The notes beneath the pieces were generated by a model. It worked only from the letters and a program-made list of their open reading frames with translations. It was not told where the DNA came from and did no database searches. Positions 35,979 through 50,469 of a DNA stretch of 64,000 nucleotides are shown here, in pieces (the stretch's first letter is position 1; each line of letters opens with the position of its first letter). Both the position numbers and the translations under genes were made by a program. Location: contig CM059431.1 of the NCBI GenBank assembly GCA_030390025.1, positions 129,644,001 to 129,708,000 on the forward strand, read 5' to 3'. Origin of the DNA: Squalus acanthias. Taxonomy: Eukaryota.

Positions 35979-37720
35979 GACCGCGATTTTGCTAACCGCG
36001 GCAGTTCCGTGGTGGGTGACGGCGGTGGCAGGTCCCGACCCCGCTGCTGTCTCCATCCGGCCTCTGAAATGAATTTGCCTTCATTGGGCTTGTTAAGCCC
36101 ACGCAGCGCATTTCCCGGGCAATTAGAGGAAGCGGGTCTGGTGACGTCATTTGATGAAGTGTCATCAGCCGGTTTCCATAAAGGGACCATGGCCAACTTA
36201 ATTTTGACATTTGTGCTGTCAGCGTTCTACAGCATTGAGGTGCTGCAAACACTGACAATCACTGCAGAGGTGCAGGGCTGCACCCAGGCTCTCCCATGAC
36301 TCCCTCCATATGCTTATGGAGGGAGTCACAGCACGTAGGGAGGTTCTCGTCCCTTGCTATGGGCGGAAGAGACCTCCCTAGGAAATCAACACAGCCTGAT
36401 TGCACATTGCAGAGGAGGGTACAAGGTGGTCAGGAGGACCTGGGTGCAATGCTGCAAATGTTTCAATGATCTCAGTATATCACGAAACATTAGTACAAAG
36501 CCACACTCAACCTCATCCTGCTGTGCCTCTCATCACATCCCCATCACTCTGCCTTCCCTACCCTACTCCTGCACATCCTTACTCACACCAACTTACCTTG
36601 CACCTCCACTCATCCCTATCTACATTATTACATCCCCATCTTACTAGCCACCCTTCACACTCACACTCATCCTAGTACAATTATACCAACTAACAACACA
36701 CTTGGGTGTTTTATCCAATGTTCATGTAACGTTTCTGTTAATGTGGTGTCAAACATTGAAACCTTTATTTTCAAAACTTTGCGTTCTTGGACAGATTTGT
36801 GTGCACCTTTGGAAGTGGCTTAGTGAGTTGCAGTGTATGGTGAGACATAATGGTACGCCCCGCAATGGTGATGTGTGTGAAAGGAATGGCTTGGGCATTG
36901 TAGGGATGCTTTATGGTGTTGGTGTGGGGTGGTGCCAACCTGGCGCATCATGTGGCAGCCAGGGTGTACAGCATTAAGTGAAGTAAATCTGGCCATGGTG
37001 AGGCTATCCCTGGCCTCCTGGGCAGCAATGTGCTCAGGTGTCCTGTGCAGCATCGGGTGATTGCAGAGAAGGTTGGTGTTGCTGTTGGTGCTGCTGGTGT
37101 GCCTGGTGCTGCTGGTGTTGGGGCTGATCGTGGTGGGATTCTGAGGACCAAGGTGAGACAGTATAAAGGGCACCCTGGAATAGATGGCAGGTGAAATAGA
37201 GATGACAGAAGCAATCTGTCAATGGTGAGAGAAGTAAGAGGTCAGACTGGATGGAGATTTGTGTGAAGACTTGCAGCATGGTGAATCTGTTGTGTAAATG
37301 CAGTGAGGAAGAGCTTGTGGTTGAAGGAAGATATCCTGTAAGGTGGGAGCTTTTACTTTACATTTTAAGCTGTCAACTCAACAGCTGATTCAATGGCCAA
37401 TGAACCCCCGCCTCAGCTTCACAGACGTGATCCCCGAGCAGCGAGGATCCCATGGGCGAGCACGTAAAATCAAAAGGTGAGCTCAAATGTGTTCTTAATC
37501 CTCTGTTAGCAAGGTCATAATGACCTGAATTGGGTCCCCTGCTGCTACATGTCGAGTCTGCTCAGCGCTGACAGACCCGACATCAGGGAAAGGCGCGTGG
37601 TGGCGGGTTTGCAGCGGGATCCCAACCCGCTTGGTGAAAAAAACACTTTCCCACCTGACCCACCACCGATCGCGCCCACTGACCCCCCCCACCCCGCATC
37701 CCCCCCGGAATATCAAGCCC
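35979..37720. mobile_element. Harbinger H5, internally deleted, inserted in a plus-strand CR1 fragment
   Basis: TSD TTA (35976-35978, 37721-37723). Myb exon-1 remnant (RTWVQCCKCFNDL); transposase N-terminus fused to its C-terminus (EHIAAQEARDSLTMARFT) on minus. The flanks rejoin as a CR1 3' coding sequence. Confidence 0.82.
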
Positions 37721-37756
37721 TTAGTGACTAGCGCACATAAATTTAAGATCATAAAG

Positions 37757-38206
37757 AAAAGACTTGCGTTTAGATAGCGCCTTTCATGAACACCGGATGT
37801 CTCAAAGCGCTTTACAGTCGATGAAGTACTTTTGGCGTGTAGTCACTGTTCTAGTGTAGGAAACAGCAGCCAATTTGCACACAGCAAGCTCCCACAAACA
37901 GCAATGTGATAATGACCAGATAATCTGTTTTTGTTATGTTGATTGAAGGATAAATATTGGCCAGGACACCGGGGATAACTCCCCTGCTCTTCTTCGAAAT
38001 AGATCCATGTAATCTTTTACGTCTACCTGAGAGAGCAGACGGGACCTCGGTTTAACGTCTCATCTGAAAGACAACACCTCCAACAGTGCAGCACTCTCTC
38101 AGCACTGCACTGGAGTGTCAGCCTAGATTTTTGTGCTCAAGTCCTTGGAGTGGGTCTCGAACCCACAACCTTTTGACTCAGAGGCGAGGATGCTACCAAT
38201 TGAGCT
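37757..38206 (-). mobile_element. SacSINE1-like Deu-domain SINE
   Basis: tRNA head, Deu-type core (GATGAGACGTTAAACCGAGGTCCCGTCTGCTCTCTCAGGT), L2-like tail. Confidence 0.85.
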
Positions 38207-39479
38207 CATCACCAAAAATACGAAAGGAGAATTTTTTTTAAATACAGAGAGTTATTAAGGCCCAGAATCCTCATCACAAAGATTGCTGGAATTGGAATCC
38301 ATAAGTTTTTGAAGTTACATGGTTGCTGGAACGTAGGAAGTAGGAATGCTAACCTTCCAAGAATTGAAGACTAATCTCCAGGACACTGCTGCAAACAACC
38401 CAGGAGAAAAATCATAGGGGCAATAAAAGATTTTTTTTTTTTTTTTTTTAATTTTCTTTGAACGCTTCTGTTTATTAGTTATAAAAATATCAGACATGGG
38501 AAAAAAGGCTGTTGACTGATAGTGAAAAATCGGGTAATGAAGAGTTTATTCACTTTCCGATTGGCATAGGAAGGTGGTGCTCCATGAGGATGGACATGGG
38601 GGGCGGGGCAGTTGGAGCAGGAGATCCTGTGATGAAACCTCCAGGAATATATCCAACCAGAATTTGGAACCCCAGTAGGACGTGTATAGCCATGATTCCC
38701 CAGACATTGAGTGTGGGGCAGGCTTGATGGACCTACTGGTCTTTTCCTGTCCATTATTTTTGTATGTATTACATATGAAAGGGTGCTGTGAATGTAAAAA
38801 ACAGGAGAGAAACTGCAGAGTGACCAAGGGGAGGGGAGCCACAGAAGCATTGGTCTTGGAGGAGATGGTGGAGGGGTTTAAGGGAGCAATTTGTCCTGGA
38901 GAAAAGGAGTCCATTGGTTGTCCTTCCCGCCAAGCTGATATTGAAGTATCAGGAAGATTTATTTGAGGACAGCAAGACACAGAATTGCTTAGCATAGTTA
39001 AGCCAGATCTGGTGATCCATGATTAGTCCAGATACGCTAAAAGAATGAGCATGATTGAGGATAGGTGGGCAGAGAATTTAGTGGAGAGGGGTGTAGATGG
39101 AAACCACCAAGAATGAGAAGTTGCTCAGTCCAAGAGTTTAAGGGAGGAGAAAAGGGAGAACATCTCTGGTGAGAAAGTTGGCATAGGACTTGGGAAGGTC
39201 ATACAAAAAGGAAGATTTTAAGTAATACAAGAGGAATGGAAGAGGCAAGTTGCTTGAGAGAAACAGAGGTGACAGTTGAAGAGGCCAAGGTGGGAGAAGT
39301 TGAATCTGTTAAAGCAGATAAACCACAGAGAATCTAAACAAAATTTGGAAGTGGGCAGAACTATGGCACATGAAATACAATAAGTGATAGATTCCAGACA
39401 CTGGAGTGACAAACTTACTTAATGAATGGTGTTAAACTAGGTAGGCTAATAGTTCTGGGAGTAATAAACAACACTTACT

Positions 39480-39649
39480 GAGGTAGTTCTTGACTTTGTG
39501 CAATAGTGTAAAACAGGTGATAGCAAGTCAGCAGCCCGCTTTACATCTCTCCCAATTTTAATGGAAATAAAAATCAGGAGAGATGTAAAACAGGCTACCA
39601 ATTCGCTATCACCTGATTTACACTATCGTACAAAGTTACGATCAACTCC
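39480..39649. mobile_element. 170-bp fold-back MITE
   Basis: The whole element is an imperfect palindrome; 3-bp TSD ACT on both sides. Confidence 0.8.
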
Positions 39650-39777
39650 ACTGTGTCCAGTCACTGCAGAGTAAATTAGCATACTGAGCAATACTGCCAA
39701 AGTCAGTAACGTATAAAATCTGAAAGTTGTGCTGAAGCTATATAGTGGTTGGGTCAGACTACATCTCAACTACTGTA

Positions 39778-40260
39778 CATGGAAACAGGAATAGGCCATT
39801 CAGCCACTCGAGCCTGCTCCATCATTCAATTAGATCATGGCTGATATGTACATCAACTCCATATCCCTTGAGATCATTACAAAAATCTATCAATCTCAGT
39901 CTTGAAAGCTCCAATTGTCTTAGCATCCACAACCTTTTGGGGGAGAGAATTTCAGATTTATACTACCCTTTGTGTGGAAAAAGTGCTTCCTGATACCCCC
40001 TCCTAAATGGCCTAGCTCTCATTTTAAGATTATGTCCCCTTGTTCCTGATTCTCCCATCAGAGGAAATAATTTCCCTCTATTTACCCTATCAGATCCTCA
40101 ATTAGATCACCCCTCAATCTTCTATACTCAACGGAATACAAGCCATGTTTATGCAACCTGTCCTCATAATTTAGTGTTCTGAGTCCCGGTATCCCAGTGA
40201 ATTTGCACTGTCCCCCTCCCAGTCCAATATATCCTTTCTGTGGTGCAGTGCCCAAAACTA
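39778..40260 (-). mobile_element. CR1 3' fragment
   Basis: Similar to the 3' part of 32770-35215. Confidence 0.75.
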
Positions 40261-40556
40261 CTCTATTCTGTTCTGGTCACCAAAAACACAACTGAAGTGA
40301 TGCAGTGTAGGGCCACAATATCAGAATATCCCTAATATCAGAAACTGAGTTATGAGAACAGACTGAAAAGGGAAATAATGAGAAGGCACCTTAGAGGTAC
40401 CCAAGATACCAATCAAATAGAAAAGTATATCTAGAGCAATATTTCAAGTTAAACCATGATTGCAGGACAAAGAAACATTAGGCATAAACTAGTATGTTGC
40501 AAGCTCAAGGCTGATGTCAGGTAACACTTTTTGCTGTAATTAATACCTGGACAACA

Positions 40557-41026
40557 AGTCTCAAGAAGCTTGACACCATCCAGGACAAAGCAGTCCACTT
40601 GATTGGCACCCCATTCACCAACTTAAACATTCACTCCCTGCACCACCGGCGCACCGTGGCTGCAGTGTGTACCATCTACAAGATGCACTGCAGCAACTCG
40701 CCAAGGCTTCTTCGGCAGCACCTCCCAAACCCACGACCTCTACCACCTAGACTGACAAGGGCAGCAGGCACATGGGAACACCATCACCTGCAAGTTTCCT
40801 TGCAAGTTACTCACCATCCTGACTTTGAAATATATCGCATTACTTCAACGTCGCTGTGTCAAAATCCTGGAACTCCCTCCCTAACAGCACGGTGGGAGTA
40901 CCTTCACCACAAGGACTGCAGCAGTTTAAGAAGGCGGTTCCCACCACCTTTCAAGGACAATTAGGGATGGGCAATAAATGCTGGCCTTGCCAGCAACGCC
41001 CACATCCCAGGAACGAATAAAAAAAA
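40557..41026 (+). mobile_element. LINE 3' fragment, same family as 58711-60516
   Basis: HSLHHRRTVAAVCTIYKMHC coding sequence and the same 3' tail. Confidence 0.88.
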
Positions 41027-41955
41027 CTAAGGAATTGCACAAGGGTGAAAAGTAAATACTTTTGGTGTAAATACTACTAATGGTGTCCACTACTTTTTGA
41101 TAAATGTATTACTTCACTTACCATTCTTTTGTGGTGTCTCTCATTTCAGCTTTGCGCTGTGATATGGCCTACAAGAGGGATGGAATGATGGGGATGTGGT
41201 GAGCAAAGGGGATCTGGGGTTTAAGTCATCCTGGTGAGAGTCTGGAGGTCTGTTTGGAGGGGGTGGCAGAGTTCTGTGACCACCTCCTTGGTGAAGCGGA
41301 GCCAACTAATACACTGCTCATCGCTTAATTGAAGGTAGGAGAAGTGCTCTCGGAATACCCTCGGAGGGTAAGGCCTCCTGGTGAGAGGCCTGATGTCCCT
41401 CCTCATCTCTTTGCGCACATGTTCCCGTATTTCTCGCTGCCTACGCTTCCTCCGCCATAGATCCTGGAGGGTGAGGTGGCATGCCAGTACAGCCCCCATT
41501 AATGTTACCAAGTGTAGCAGTTTGAATCTTTGAATAAATGTAGCTACGTTTTAGTTGCCAGAAGACTCCTGATACAAAAGAACCTTGAAATTACTGAATT
41601 AAACTGTTGCAGTGGGTGAAAGTAAGAAAAAAACACTGAAACTGCACTAACCTGACAGCTGCAAGAGATTACTGATGATCCCTTTAAATAACGTCCCTGG
41701 AGCCGGTATCCTGGTGCTGCACGCCAGCTCTCCCTGTTGGTGTTTACTCCAGGCGCTGAGGTAGGTGGCGAGAATCAATTTAGCAAATCGGGTGGTCAGT
41801 AAGCGTTGCACACTCACGGACGTCATGATCTAACTGTCGTTGACGTTCCCAGCAATACCTCTTACCGGCGGCGCTACGGGAGGGCCAGATTTGGCATGCA
41901 GTGCTGGATTCGCCTCACCTCGCGATACTGGTCTACCGCTCCACCAGCGCCACAG
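41027..41955. mobile_element. Harbinger remnant of the H7 family
   Basis: Matches about 58075-58257 and 60965-61680; transposase N-terminus MGAVLACHLTLQDLW...RRPYPPRVFRE on minus, followed by a deletion. Confidence 0.82.
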
Positions 41956-42718
41956 AGTATTAAGTGTGGTGAGACAATCAGCAACTTCTACTTACATGCC
42001 ATTACAAAAAACATACACTAGTCTGCTTCGGGAAGTCCTTAATGTGAAAGTATAAATCTGTCTGCTATCTGCCCTGATGAAATAGGGCATAGGTATTCTC
42101 CCTTTACAGACTTTCTGGGGCTTGACTGACTGCCTTTTTAGTATTTGTCCTGATTTTAAAAATCTTTCTTCAAAGACTAGTAGAGATCAAAGAGATCGTC
42201 AACACCAAGGTGCTCGACATCTTCTTGAATGAAGAAACATTACAAGTTGCCTAATGTTTGGTCTCTGAAAGAAAACACTTCCTATTTCACAATTAATTAC
42301 CATTCATCTGCCTACGGAATCACAATTCATGGGGCTGCCTCCCCACCACCCACAAAAATATGCTTTTAAATAGCTTTTGTTCAGAATACATTTTAAAATT
42401 CTGTGTGGGAGAAATTGGATTAAGTCAGGAAACACGCGTGGGTATCGTAATGTGCGATCTGTCCGTGCCCGTTGAAAGTGGTGCAGGAAGCACGCAAAAT
42501 TCGTGCTGGCTGTTCATTAGCATGATTGCCGTGCTGAGCCTAGCGCTAATCATTGCTGGTTGGTTCAGCGCTCAACAGGGGGACCAATATCAGGTGCCGT
42601 CTGCTGTCCAATTAAAGTTTGGACAGCAGTCGGCACCTGCAGAGTGAAAGGCTCTCTGCACTTCTTAAAGGGAGGTGCTTTGTTGCAGAAGCACCACACT
42701 GTCACTGTAGCTGCAGCA

Positions 42719-44606
42719 ATGTCACAACAGTGGAGAGAAAGGGGACCTCGCTTCTCAGATACAGCACTGGAGGCCTTGGTCCAGTGGGTATAAAAAAGAA
42801 GACAGGTCCTCTACCCGCAGTGGGGCAGGTGGCCTTCGAGACAGAATGTTAGAAGGCAATGGGAGGAGACAGTGCAAACCATCAGTGTTGCCCTCAGGAT
42901 CTGGATCCAGTGCCACAAGAAGTTTAATGACCTCACAGGAGTGGTCAAGGTGAGTGAATGCATCTTCAAATGCCATATCCCATCAACTGCACCACTAGCC
43001 TCACACACCGCTCAATGCACCACATCTCCATCACTCACCTACCAACAATCACTAGCAATCACGACTCATATCTCACAATCATAGCTTCACCTCACCCTGA
43101 CATATACCACTGCTGCAAGCCTCACACCCACATCTCACACCTTGCACACAATGTCAGTTATTCAACAATGACAGACACATCACCCAAACACATTGCACCG
43201 CACTCACTGACACACTTCCCTTTCTCTTGCAGGAAAAGGTGGCGAATAACTAGTGTGAGCAGCAGCAGACAGACTGGGGGCAAGCTTGTCTGCACACCTT
43301 ACTGCGCTGGAGGAGACTGTGCTGGACATAATTGGAAGGGCCGTCACTGAGGCCATGGTGAGCGGTGAGGTTGAAAGCATTGATGATGATAATATGCTCA
43401 TACCTAATCCTTTTTCTCACATCCCACATCATCCCTCAATCTCTTCTCACTTACAAGCTGCTGATGGTGTAAGCATGCACATCTTGCTTTCCCGTCCTCT
43501 CCTCGCCACAACCTGACCCTTGTGCCTTTCTTCTTTCAGATACCCAAGAAGTGCCAGCAGCCCAGCCAGTGCATGAACAACTAGAGGAGGAGAGTGATGA
43601 AGAAGAGGCACCATCACTCGATCTGACATTCCCAGACACCAGCTCAGAAAATGGCACTGCGCGAAGGGTAGTATAGAGGCGGGATCTACACGTGGTGAGT
43701 CACTAGGCACGAGTGGGCTGCAGCCAGGGCAGGGGGAAAGGGTAGCACAGGTGCACAGGACTCAGATGAGGACTTCGATGTGGTGGCCTTCAGAAGAAGG
43801 GTGATGGGCATTGCTTGGTGCAATGGCAGGCCTGCCAGAGAACCTCGTCAGCATCAAGGAACATGGAGGAGTCTGGTTCCAACATTGCACAGGGCTTTGC
43901 ATGGTGCTTGGAGGCCATGATTTCCAGCATGGAAGTGATAGGGAACTCCATTAGAGCACTTGTGGACCCAACCATAATGCTGGGTGTGATGGGCGATGTC
44001 GCAACTTCCATTGCAGCACAAGTGGAAGCGACCCAGCGTCTAAGTGCTGCAGTGGTAGCTCAGACTGCGCTCATGCAGGCTCAGCTTGCTACCACACAAG
44101 CTCAAACTGAACTCATGCAGTATCAGCTTGCTGCCATGCAAGCTCAGACTGCTGCCATCATGGCTGAGTTTACGAGTGTGAAAAGGGGCTTGCAGGGTCT
44201 CATAGCAGTCCAGCAATCTGTCCTCCAACAAATGGCTAGGAATGCTGAGGCACCGCCCCAGGGGAACGGCAGTGGCTGCTTTGAGCAAGAACCTTCTGTC
44301 CTCTCTCAGGAGGGCAGCATTCATACTCCCACCATTGCCACTCTGCCAGTGCCCTTGCTGCTGCCTGTCAACCAGCCAGCCCAGACTGTTGCTGCTCAGG
44401 CCGAGGTGGTGCATCTACAGCCAGGCCTTCTAGGCCCAGAGCTGCTCGAGGTCATCCTGCAAGGCCATTTGCCGTGTCCCCCACGGAAAGTCAGCAGCCT
44501 TCCACCAGCCATGCTGCAGCCACTAGAGTAGCACTACATATGAGCACTAGAATAGGCTAAGAAACATGAAAGACAGACACTAAGGGAATGCACAATGGTG
44601 ATTAGT
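42719..44606 (+). pseudogene. Harbinger Myb/SANT-like gene (H6); exons start at 42719, 43233 and about 43540
   Basis: RERGPRFSDTALEALV, WIQCHKKFNDL, donor at 42949/42950; many stops. Confidence 0.85.
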
Positions 44607-44771
44607 TGACTTTGTTATGTAAGATTTGAAATAATCATTTATAAATTATGTTTGGAATGTTTGTTGTGTGGTAGTTTTCATTGCAGCATTGTGCCCAAGA
44701 GGATGCTGTGACGTTCCATGACAGAAAGATAGTAAAGTGGGGAAGTGTTGAGCAACGCGGATCTCATTCAT

Positions 44772-45891
44772 TCATTGGAACTGGAGTCTGATGAGGCGCT
44801 CACGGACAGCCCGTCCGGAACGGGAATTTGCTGCCTGCTTCCTCCCTCCTCCTCCTGTTTCTCCTCCTGTTCCTCCTGAGGTGGTCGCAGAACCGTGGTG
44901 GCAAGGGCTGCGCCCTCATGATGACCAAGTTGTGGAGGATGCAGCAGACCACCACGAAATGGAACACCCGCTCTGGTGTGTACTGGAGGGCTCCTCCCGA
45001 GTGGTCAAGGCAGTGAAACTGTTGCTTCAGCATCCTGATGGTCTGCTCAATGAGGTTCCTCATGGCAGCATGGCTCTCATTATATGTGTGCTGGCCATGA
45101 CTGGTGGGTTTGCGGAGGGGAGTCCTCACCTAGGTGTAGAGCGGATAGCCCTTGTCTCCTAGCAGCCACCCTCTGGCTCAATGAGGTGGCTGGAAGATTG
45201 CTGGCACAGCAGACTGGCGCAGGATGAAGGCATCATGACTGCTTCCAGGATACCGGGCATGCACCATCATGATGTGCTGGGCGTGGTTGCACACCAACTG
45301 CACATTAAGAGAGTGGTAGCCTTTGCGGTTGAGGTACATCTCAGGATTGATAAGCGGTGCCCACAAAGCCACGTGTGCATTAGATTGGGCCCTGCACCAT
45401 GGGGAAGCCCGATATCCTGGCAAAGCCACATGCATGTTCCTCCTGCTTCTCTCTGTTGAGAGAGAAGACAATGAAGTCCATTCTCCTGGAGTACTGTGAC
45501 CTCCCGGATGCAGCGATGGACGGCAAACTTGGAGATGTTAGCTATGTTGCCTGCTCCAGACTGAAGGATCTGGTTGTGAAAAAATTCAGGGCCACGGTCA
45601 CCTTGAGGGCCTCTGGCAGCGCTGTCGTCACCCTGCTCTGAGGCTGCAGGTCTGGTTCCGAGAGGTGGCAGAGTTCTCCTTGGTGAAGCGGAAACTCCGA
45701 ATACACTGCTCCTGGCTTTAATGCAGGTAGGAGAAGTGCTCTTGGAAGACCCTAAGGTAAGGCCTCCTGCTAAGAGCCATCCTGCCCCTCCTCCTCCTCC
45801 CTCTGCGAGCAGCTTGTCCTCTTCTTTGCTGCCTCTGCTCCATCTCTCTGTCATGCTGCAGCACGAGGGGGACTGTAACTAGAGCTCCCAT
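44772..45891 (-). pseudogene. HARBI1-like transposase pseudogene (H6)
   Basis: NRKGYHSLNVQLVC, PGSSHDAFI, IEQTI, LHN; frameshifts. Confidence 0.9.
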
Positions 45892-46559
45892 GACTGGGAG
45901 CAAGTGGTCTGACCAGCAATGTTCCCTTTAAGGAGTGCTCTGGAGGTCCCGTGCAGCCGGCTCACCAGCTTTTAAACAGAAATGCCGCGCATGCGCGGAA
46001 TTTTGAATGGGCCGCACAGCCCGTTAAAGGTGGCGCACAGCCCAAAACAAAAATTCAGGAGCAAGGCCTTCTCCACTTACAGCACCACTCAATGTCACCT
46101 CACCAACTTTAAATAACTGTAGAAAGCTCCAAGGAGTTCTACAAGCTTACACAGAGCCAGTAGAAATCAAAAAGCAAGCTACCTGAAAGTTGTTGATGAT
46201 CCCTTTAAATATCATTGGTGGGGGGGTCTCTCGTGCAGCTGAATGCATGTTGAGCTGTGCATGCTTTGGAGAGAGAGTACAGTTGAGCGGCAACATCCAA
46301 AATAGCAGTTCATGCGTTACACGCTGATTGATGTCACGATCTGCCTCATTTGCATTCTTCTGCCGCACACAGGCAACGGCCGCACTACCGACCTGCCCAA
46401 GCTGGCGACCGTCATGGCCCATGCCAGAAGTGGCTGGAACCGAGGCCGCCACCATTTTTCTGCTGAATCCAGCCTTAAATGCCAGCGCTAAGAAGGGGAA
46501 TTTTGCAGCCTGTGTGTCCAAGTCTTTTTTGTGGGGAAATAACCAAAGAATGCCAAACT

Positions 46560-47350
46560 ATGACAGAACATTTTGTCTATGCCGTCTCTATGCTCAAGCA
46601 ATCCAAAATGAATCCCATTGCCCCACACTCTCCTCATACCCTTGTATCTTTCTGCTTCAATTATTTATCCAATTTTCTCTTAAAAAGGTACAATGGTTGC
46701 TGCCTCAAACATTCCCAGTTCCATGCTCCCGCACATTTGTGTAAAGAAATTTCCCATAATCTCTCTCCTCATTCTCAGTGATAAATTTAAAATCATTACC
46801 CCTCATCACTAACTCCCCAACCAGAGGAAATAGTCTCTCTCTATTCACTATCAATCTCAATTTTAAAAACTGCTACTAAATCTCCTCTTAGCCTTCTCAA
46901 GTCTCTCATCATAAATAGAGTTTCCCATCCCTGTCATAATGTTGATGAATCTACAGTAAACATGCTCTACAGTTTTACTGTCTTTGTTATAAAGGGGTTC
47001 CCACAAATGCACACAATGATGGTCTAACCAATGTTTGGTATAAGTTCACTAGTATTTACTCTTTACTCTATGCCCTCTATTTATAAAACCCAAACTATTA
47101 CTGGCCTTTTCTATGGCTTTATCTACTAGCACTTTCAAGAAATTATGTATTGGATTCCCTTGGTGTCTATTCATCCACACCCTTCTATTGTGCATACTCC
47201 CATTCTCGTTTTTTCCTCCCAAAATGTATTACCTCACACTTATCAACATTAAATTGACTCTGCCACCTGCCTACCCATTCAGCTAACCTGTGTCCTGCAT
47301 AAATCTTTTATAGTCCTCCTTGTTTGCCAAACCTCCTACTTTTGTATCAA
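46560..47350 (-). mobile_element. Old degenerate CR1 fragment
   Basis: Diverged similarity to the other CR1 3' regions. Confidence 0.55.
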
Positions 47351-48158
47351 CAAATTGAGTTAGTGTTTCCTATACCCAAACCCAAATCATGTGGTCTCAA
47401 GATCCAAAAAAGGTAATGGCCCAGAATTTCTGGTAAAAGTAACGGTGAGACTATCAGCGCTCACCGGTATTAAAGTGTAAATGTGACAGCAACTTCTGGC
47501 AAACACACATGCACAGTTAAATGCAGAAATCAGGAAGTTGGTGCCCGAGTTGCCCTGCTCCTCAGAAGCTTTGTTGTAACAGTATCTCACCGAGAGACTC
47601 GGCATTGAAACATATGGAAAGGCACAAAGTTGTGGTACTTACGTGATAGATACCCACTAAACTTGGCAGAAAAAGTTAGGGATAAAAACAGAAAATGCTG
47701 GAAATACTCAGCAGGTCAGGCAACATCTGTGGAGAGAGAAACAGAGTTAACATGAATCATTTGAATACATCCACAGAAAGGTCACGGTACACTGAGCACT
47801 GCACATGTGAAATAAAAGGGCAATACAAAACAGAAAACCAAGAAGAGGCAGAAACATATCACAAGCCAAGGAATGGAACACAAGTCATAATAGCCATGTT
47901 GGTGCTCAAGAACTGGAATGGCGATGAACCATGCAGATGTTCACCACTTCCCCTGTAAAGCTACAATCTATCCCCATGCCACCACCAAAGTTGGAATGAT
48001 GAAGCTTCCCAATGAAAATCAAAAAGGGACTTGCTTTATTTGAAAAGGTGTCACCAGCAACTCTAACAGTTGCAGCCCGATCAAAATCTCACCAGTACTA
48101 AGGCTGCCATTGCCCAAGGTTTTCAAGAACTGACAACACAGCTGCAGCAATAGAGTGT

Positions 48159-48918
48159 GGGCTCGATTTTGCCAGGCCCGAGGAGGCGGGAATGGAGGCG
48201 TGTGGGGTGTTAAAATTGCAAAAAACCAACCCCACCTCCATCCTGCCTCCGAGCAATTTTCCCAAATGCGTGGTTTCTGATCCCGTCTCCATCCTGCCTC
48301 CAAGAGGCGGGATAGGCCCTTAAGGCCCTTAACAACCACTTAATTGCCTCTATAATCCCATTTTGAGAGGCCTTTCTGATTTTAACACTTTTCCAACGTG
48401 ATGCACGCCTCCTCTGAAACACGACGGTGAAATCTGGCGATACCACACTTGGATTGCTGACTATCAGCTGCAGGTCCACCATTAAGAGGGAGATTTGATC
48501 AATCATCATTCTGGGGGAACTTTTAGCAGTCATAACCATTGTTATGGAACTTTGGAGCCTGGAGCCTGGAGCAGCGGCAGTGGTGGCGGCGGTGGTGGTG
48601 GTGGTGGTGGTGGTGGTCAAAAATTCTGGGAGCAGACTTAGGTCTCCTGCTGCTCATTTTGCCTCCAGGTCCCTCTCACAGCAAAGGCCAAAAGCTTCCC
48701 AGTCTTTGCAGACCTTAAATGCAGCAGCAATGATGACATCATCAGAGGCGACTTTCAGACTGAAAACACTAATTGGGTCATGGGTTCCCACATGCTGGAA
48801 CTCAATTGCCCAATTAGGGGAAAATCAAATAATTCTCCCACATCCAATTGGAGTCGGGTGGCTAACACGAAAAGTGGATAACACGACCCCAGCCTGCCCC
48901 AATGACAAAATCGAGCCC
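48159..48918. mobile_element. Harbinger MITE with an internal (GGT)n tract
   Basis: Perfect 13-bp TIR GGGCTCGATTTTG / CAAAATCGAGCCC. The left-flank TGT recurs only after the adjacent CR1 (49573-49575). Confidence 0.85.
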
Positions 48919-49572
48919 ATAGATTTATACAGCACAGAAAGAGGCCCTTCGGCCCATCGTGTCCGCGCCGGCCATCAAGCCCTGTCTATTCTAATCCCAT
49001 TTTCCAGCACTTGGTCCGTAGCCTTGTATGCTATGGCGTTTCAAGTGCTCATCTAAATGCTTCTTGAATGTTGTGAGGGTTCCTGCCTCTACCACCCTTT
49101 CAGGCAGTGAGTTCCAGATTCCAACCACCCTCTGGGTGAAAAAGTTGTTCCTCAAATCCCCTCTAAACCTCCTGCCTCTTACCTTGAAACTATGCCCCCT
49201 GGTTATTGACCCCTCTACTAAGGGAAAAGTTCCTTTCTATCTACCCTATCTATGCCCCTCATAATTTTGTACACCTCAATCAGGTCCCCCCTCAGCCTTC
49301 TCTGCTCCAAGGAAAACAACCCCAGCCTGTTCAGTCTCTCTTCATAGCTGAAGCGCTCCAGCCCAGGTAACATCCTGGTGAATCTCCTCTGCACCCTCTC
49401 CAATGCAATCACATCCTTCCTATAGTGTGGCGACCAGAACTGCATACAGTATTCCAGCTGTGGCCTAACTAGCATTTTGTACAGCTCCATCATAACCTCC
49501 CTGCTCTTATATTCTATGCCTCGGCTAATGAAGGCAAGTATCCCATATGCCTTTTTAACCACCTTATCTACC
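48919..49572 (-). mobile_element. CR1 3' fragment
   Basis: RPQLEYCMQFWSP...LRGDLIEVYKI coding sequence and CR1 tail. Confidence 0.9.
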
Positions 49573-49726
49573 TGTTGGTTTCCTGCCTCATGTATGGCAA
49601 TGATAATGGAGGAAGGACCAAACGGTTGCTGCTTTGGCTGCAACACCTGCCCCTACGTGCTCTTCACCAAAAAAAATAACAGTAAATATCCCAAAAGAAT
49701 TTGACAATGTGTTGGGTAGAGCTGTT

Positions 49727-50469
49727 GGCCCAAAAATTAGTGAGTGAGCCTTCGTGCGAGGGTAAGGCCTTCCCGCAATCTCTCACTGCGCGCTGGCTTT
49801 TTCAGTCCGAGCTCGCACGAACTTGATGTTCTGGACAGCATCTGTGCAGTGCTTTCGTAGCCCACAGGCGTAGTTAATTCGTGCGAGCTGTGGGATCACG
49901 TGACTCAGTTAGAGCCAATGGCAGCACACCATCTTTCATTCATAGCTTTCACAGCACGGCTGTGAAAGCTATGAATACTATACCCCCCCAAAAGAACAGC
50001 TAAACCTCAATTAAATTTTAAAAAAAACCATCAGATTAATAAAATAAGTATAGTTAAATAAATTAACCATTTTAAACAAAAAATTAAATTTTTGAAAAAA
50101 TTTAAAATCTTTTAAAAAGTTATAAAAATAAACTTACCTGTCTTTAAAGTCTCTAAAAAAGATATACCTGTTAAAAAAAAATCAAAATAATACTTAATTA
50201 AGTACTTACCTTGTTAAAAGAGGGTCTTACGCCTCCTTTCTTTATGTCTAAAATCTTCCATGCTTACCTGCGCGTCCAAAGCACTAAGTGCACTGCGTGC
50301 GCGCAGCCTGTAGCGCGCACGCGGTTCACCTAGGAACCGCCCCCTTTTGAAATCACCAAGTGCCGGTTTTCAGCGCATGCGCAGTGCATGCAGAAAACCG
50401 GCAATTGGAGACAGAATACGCGAGAGTACACAGTGCGTACTCTCGCGTAGCGGCACTAATTTTTGGGCC
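49727..50469. mobile_element. Harbinger MITE (743 bp)
   Basis: Perfect 16-bp TIR GGCCCAAAAATTAGTG and TSD GTT. Confidence 0.92.

Larger units (their letters stand above)
42405..46510. mobile_element. Harbinger H6 (full layout, degenerate)
   Basis: Weak TIRs (AAATT at the same offset) and TSD TGT; Myb on +, transposase on -. Confidence 0.82.

Noticed and set aside
42060..42270. Exon-like unique sequence after a TTTCTTTCAG acceptor on minus
   Set aside because: Stops occur in all three frames; no coding support.
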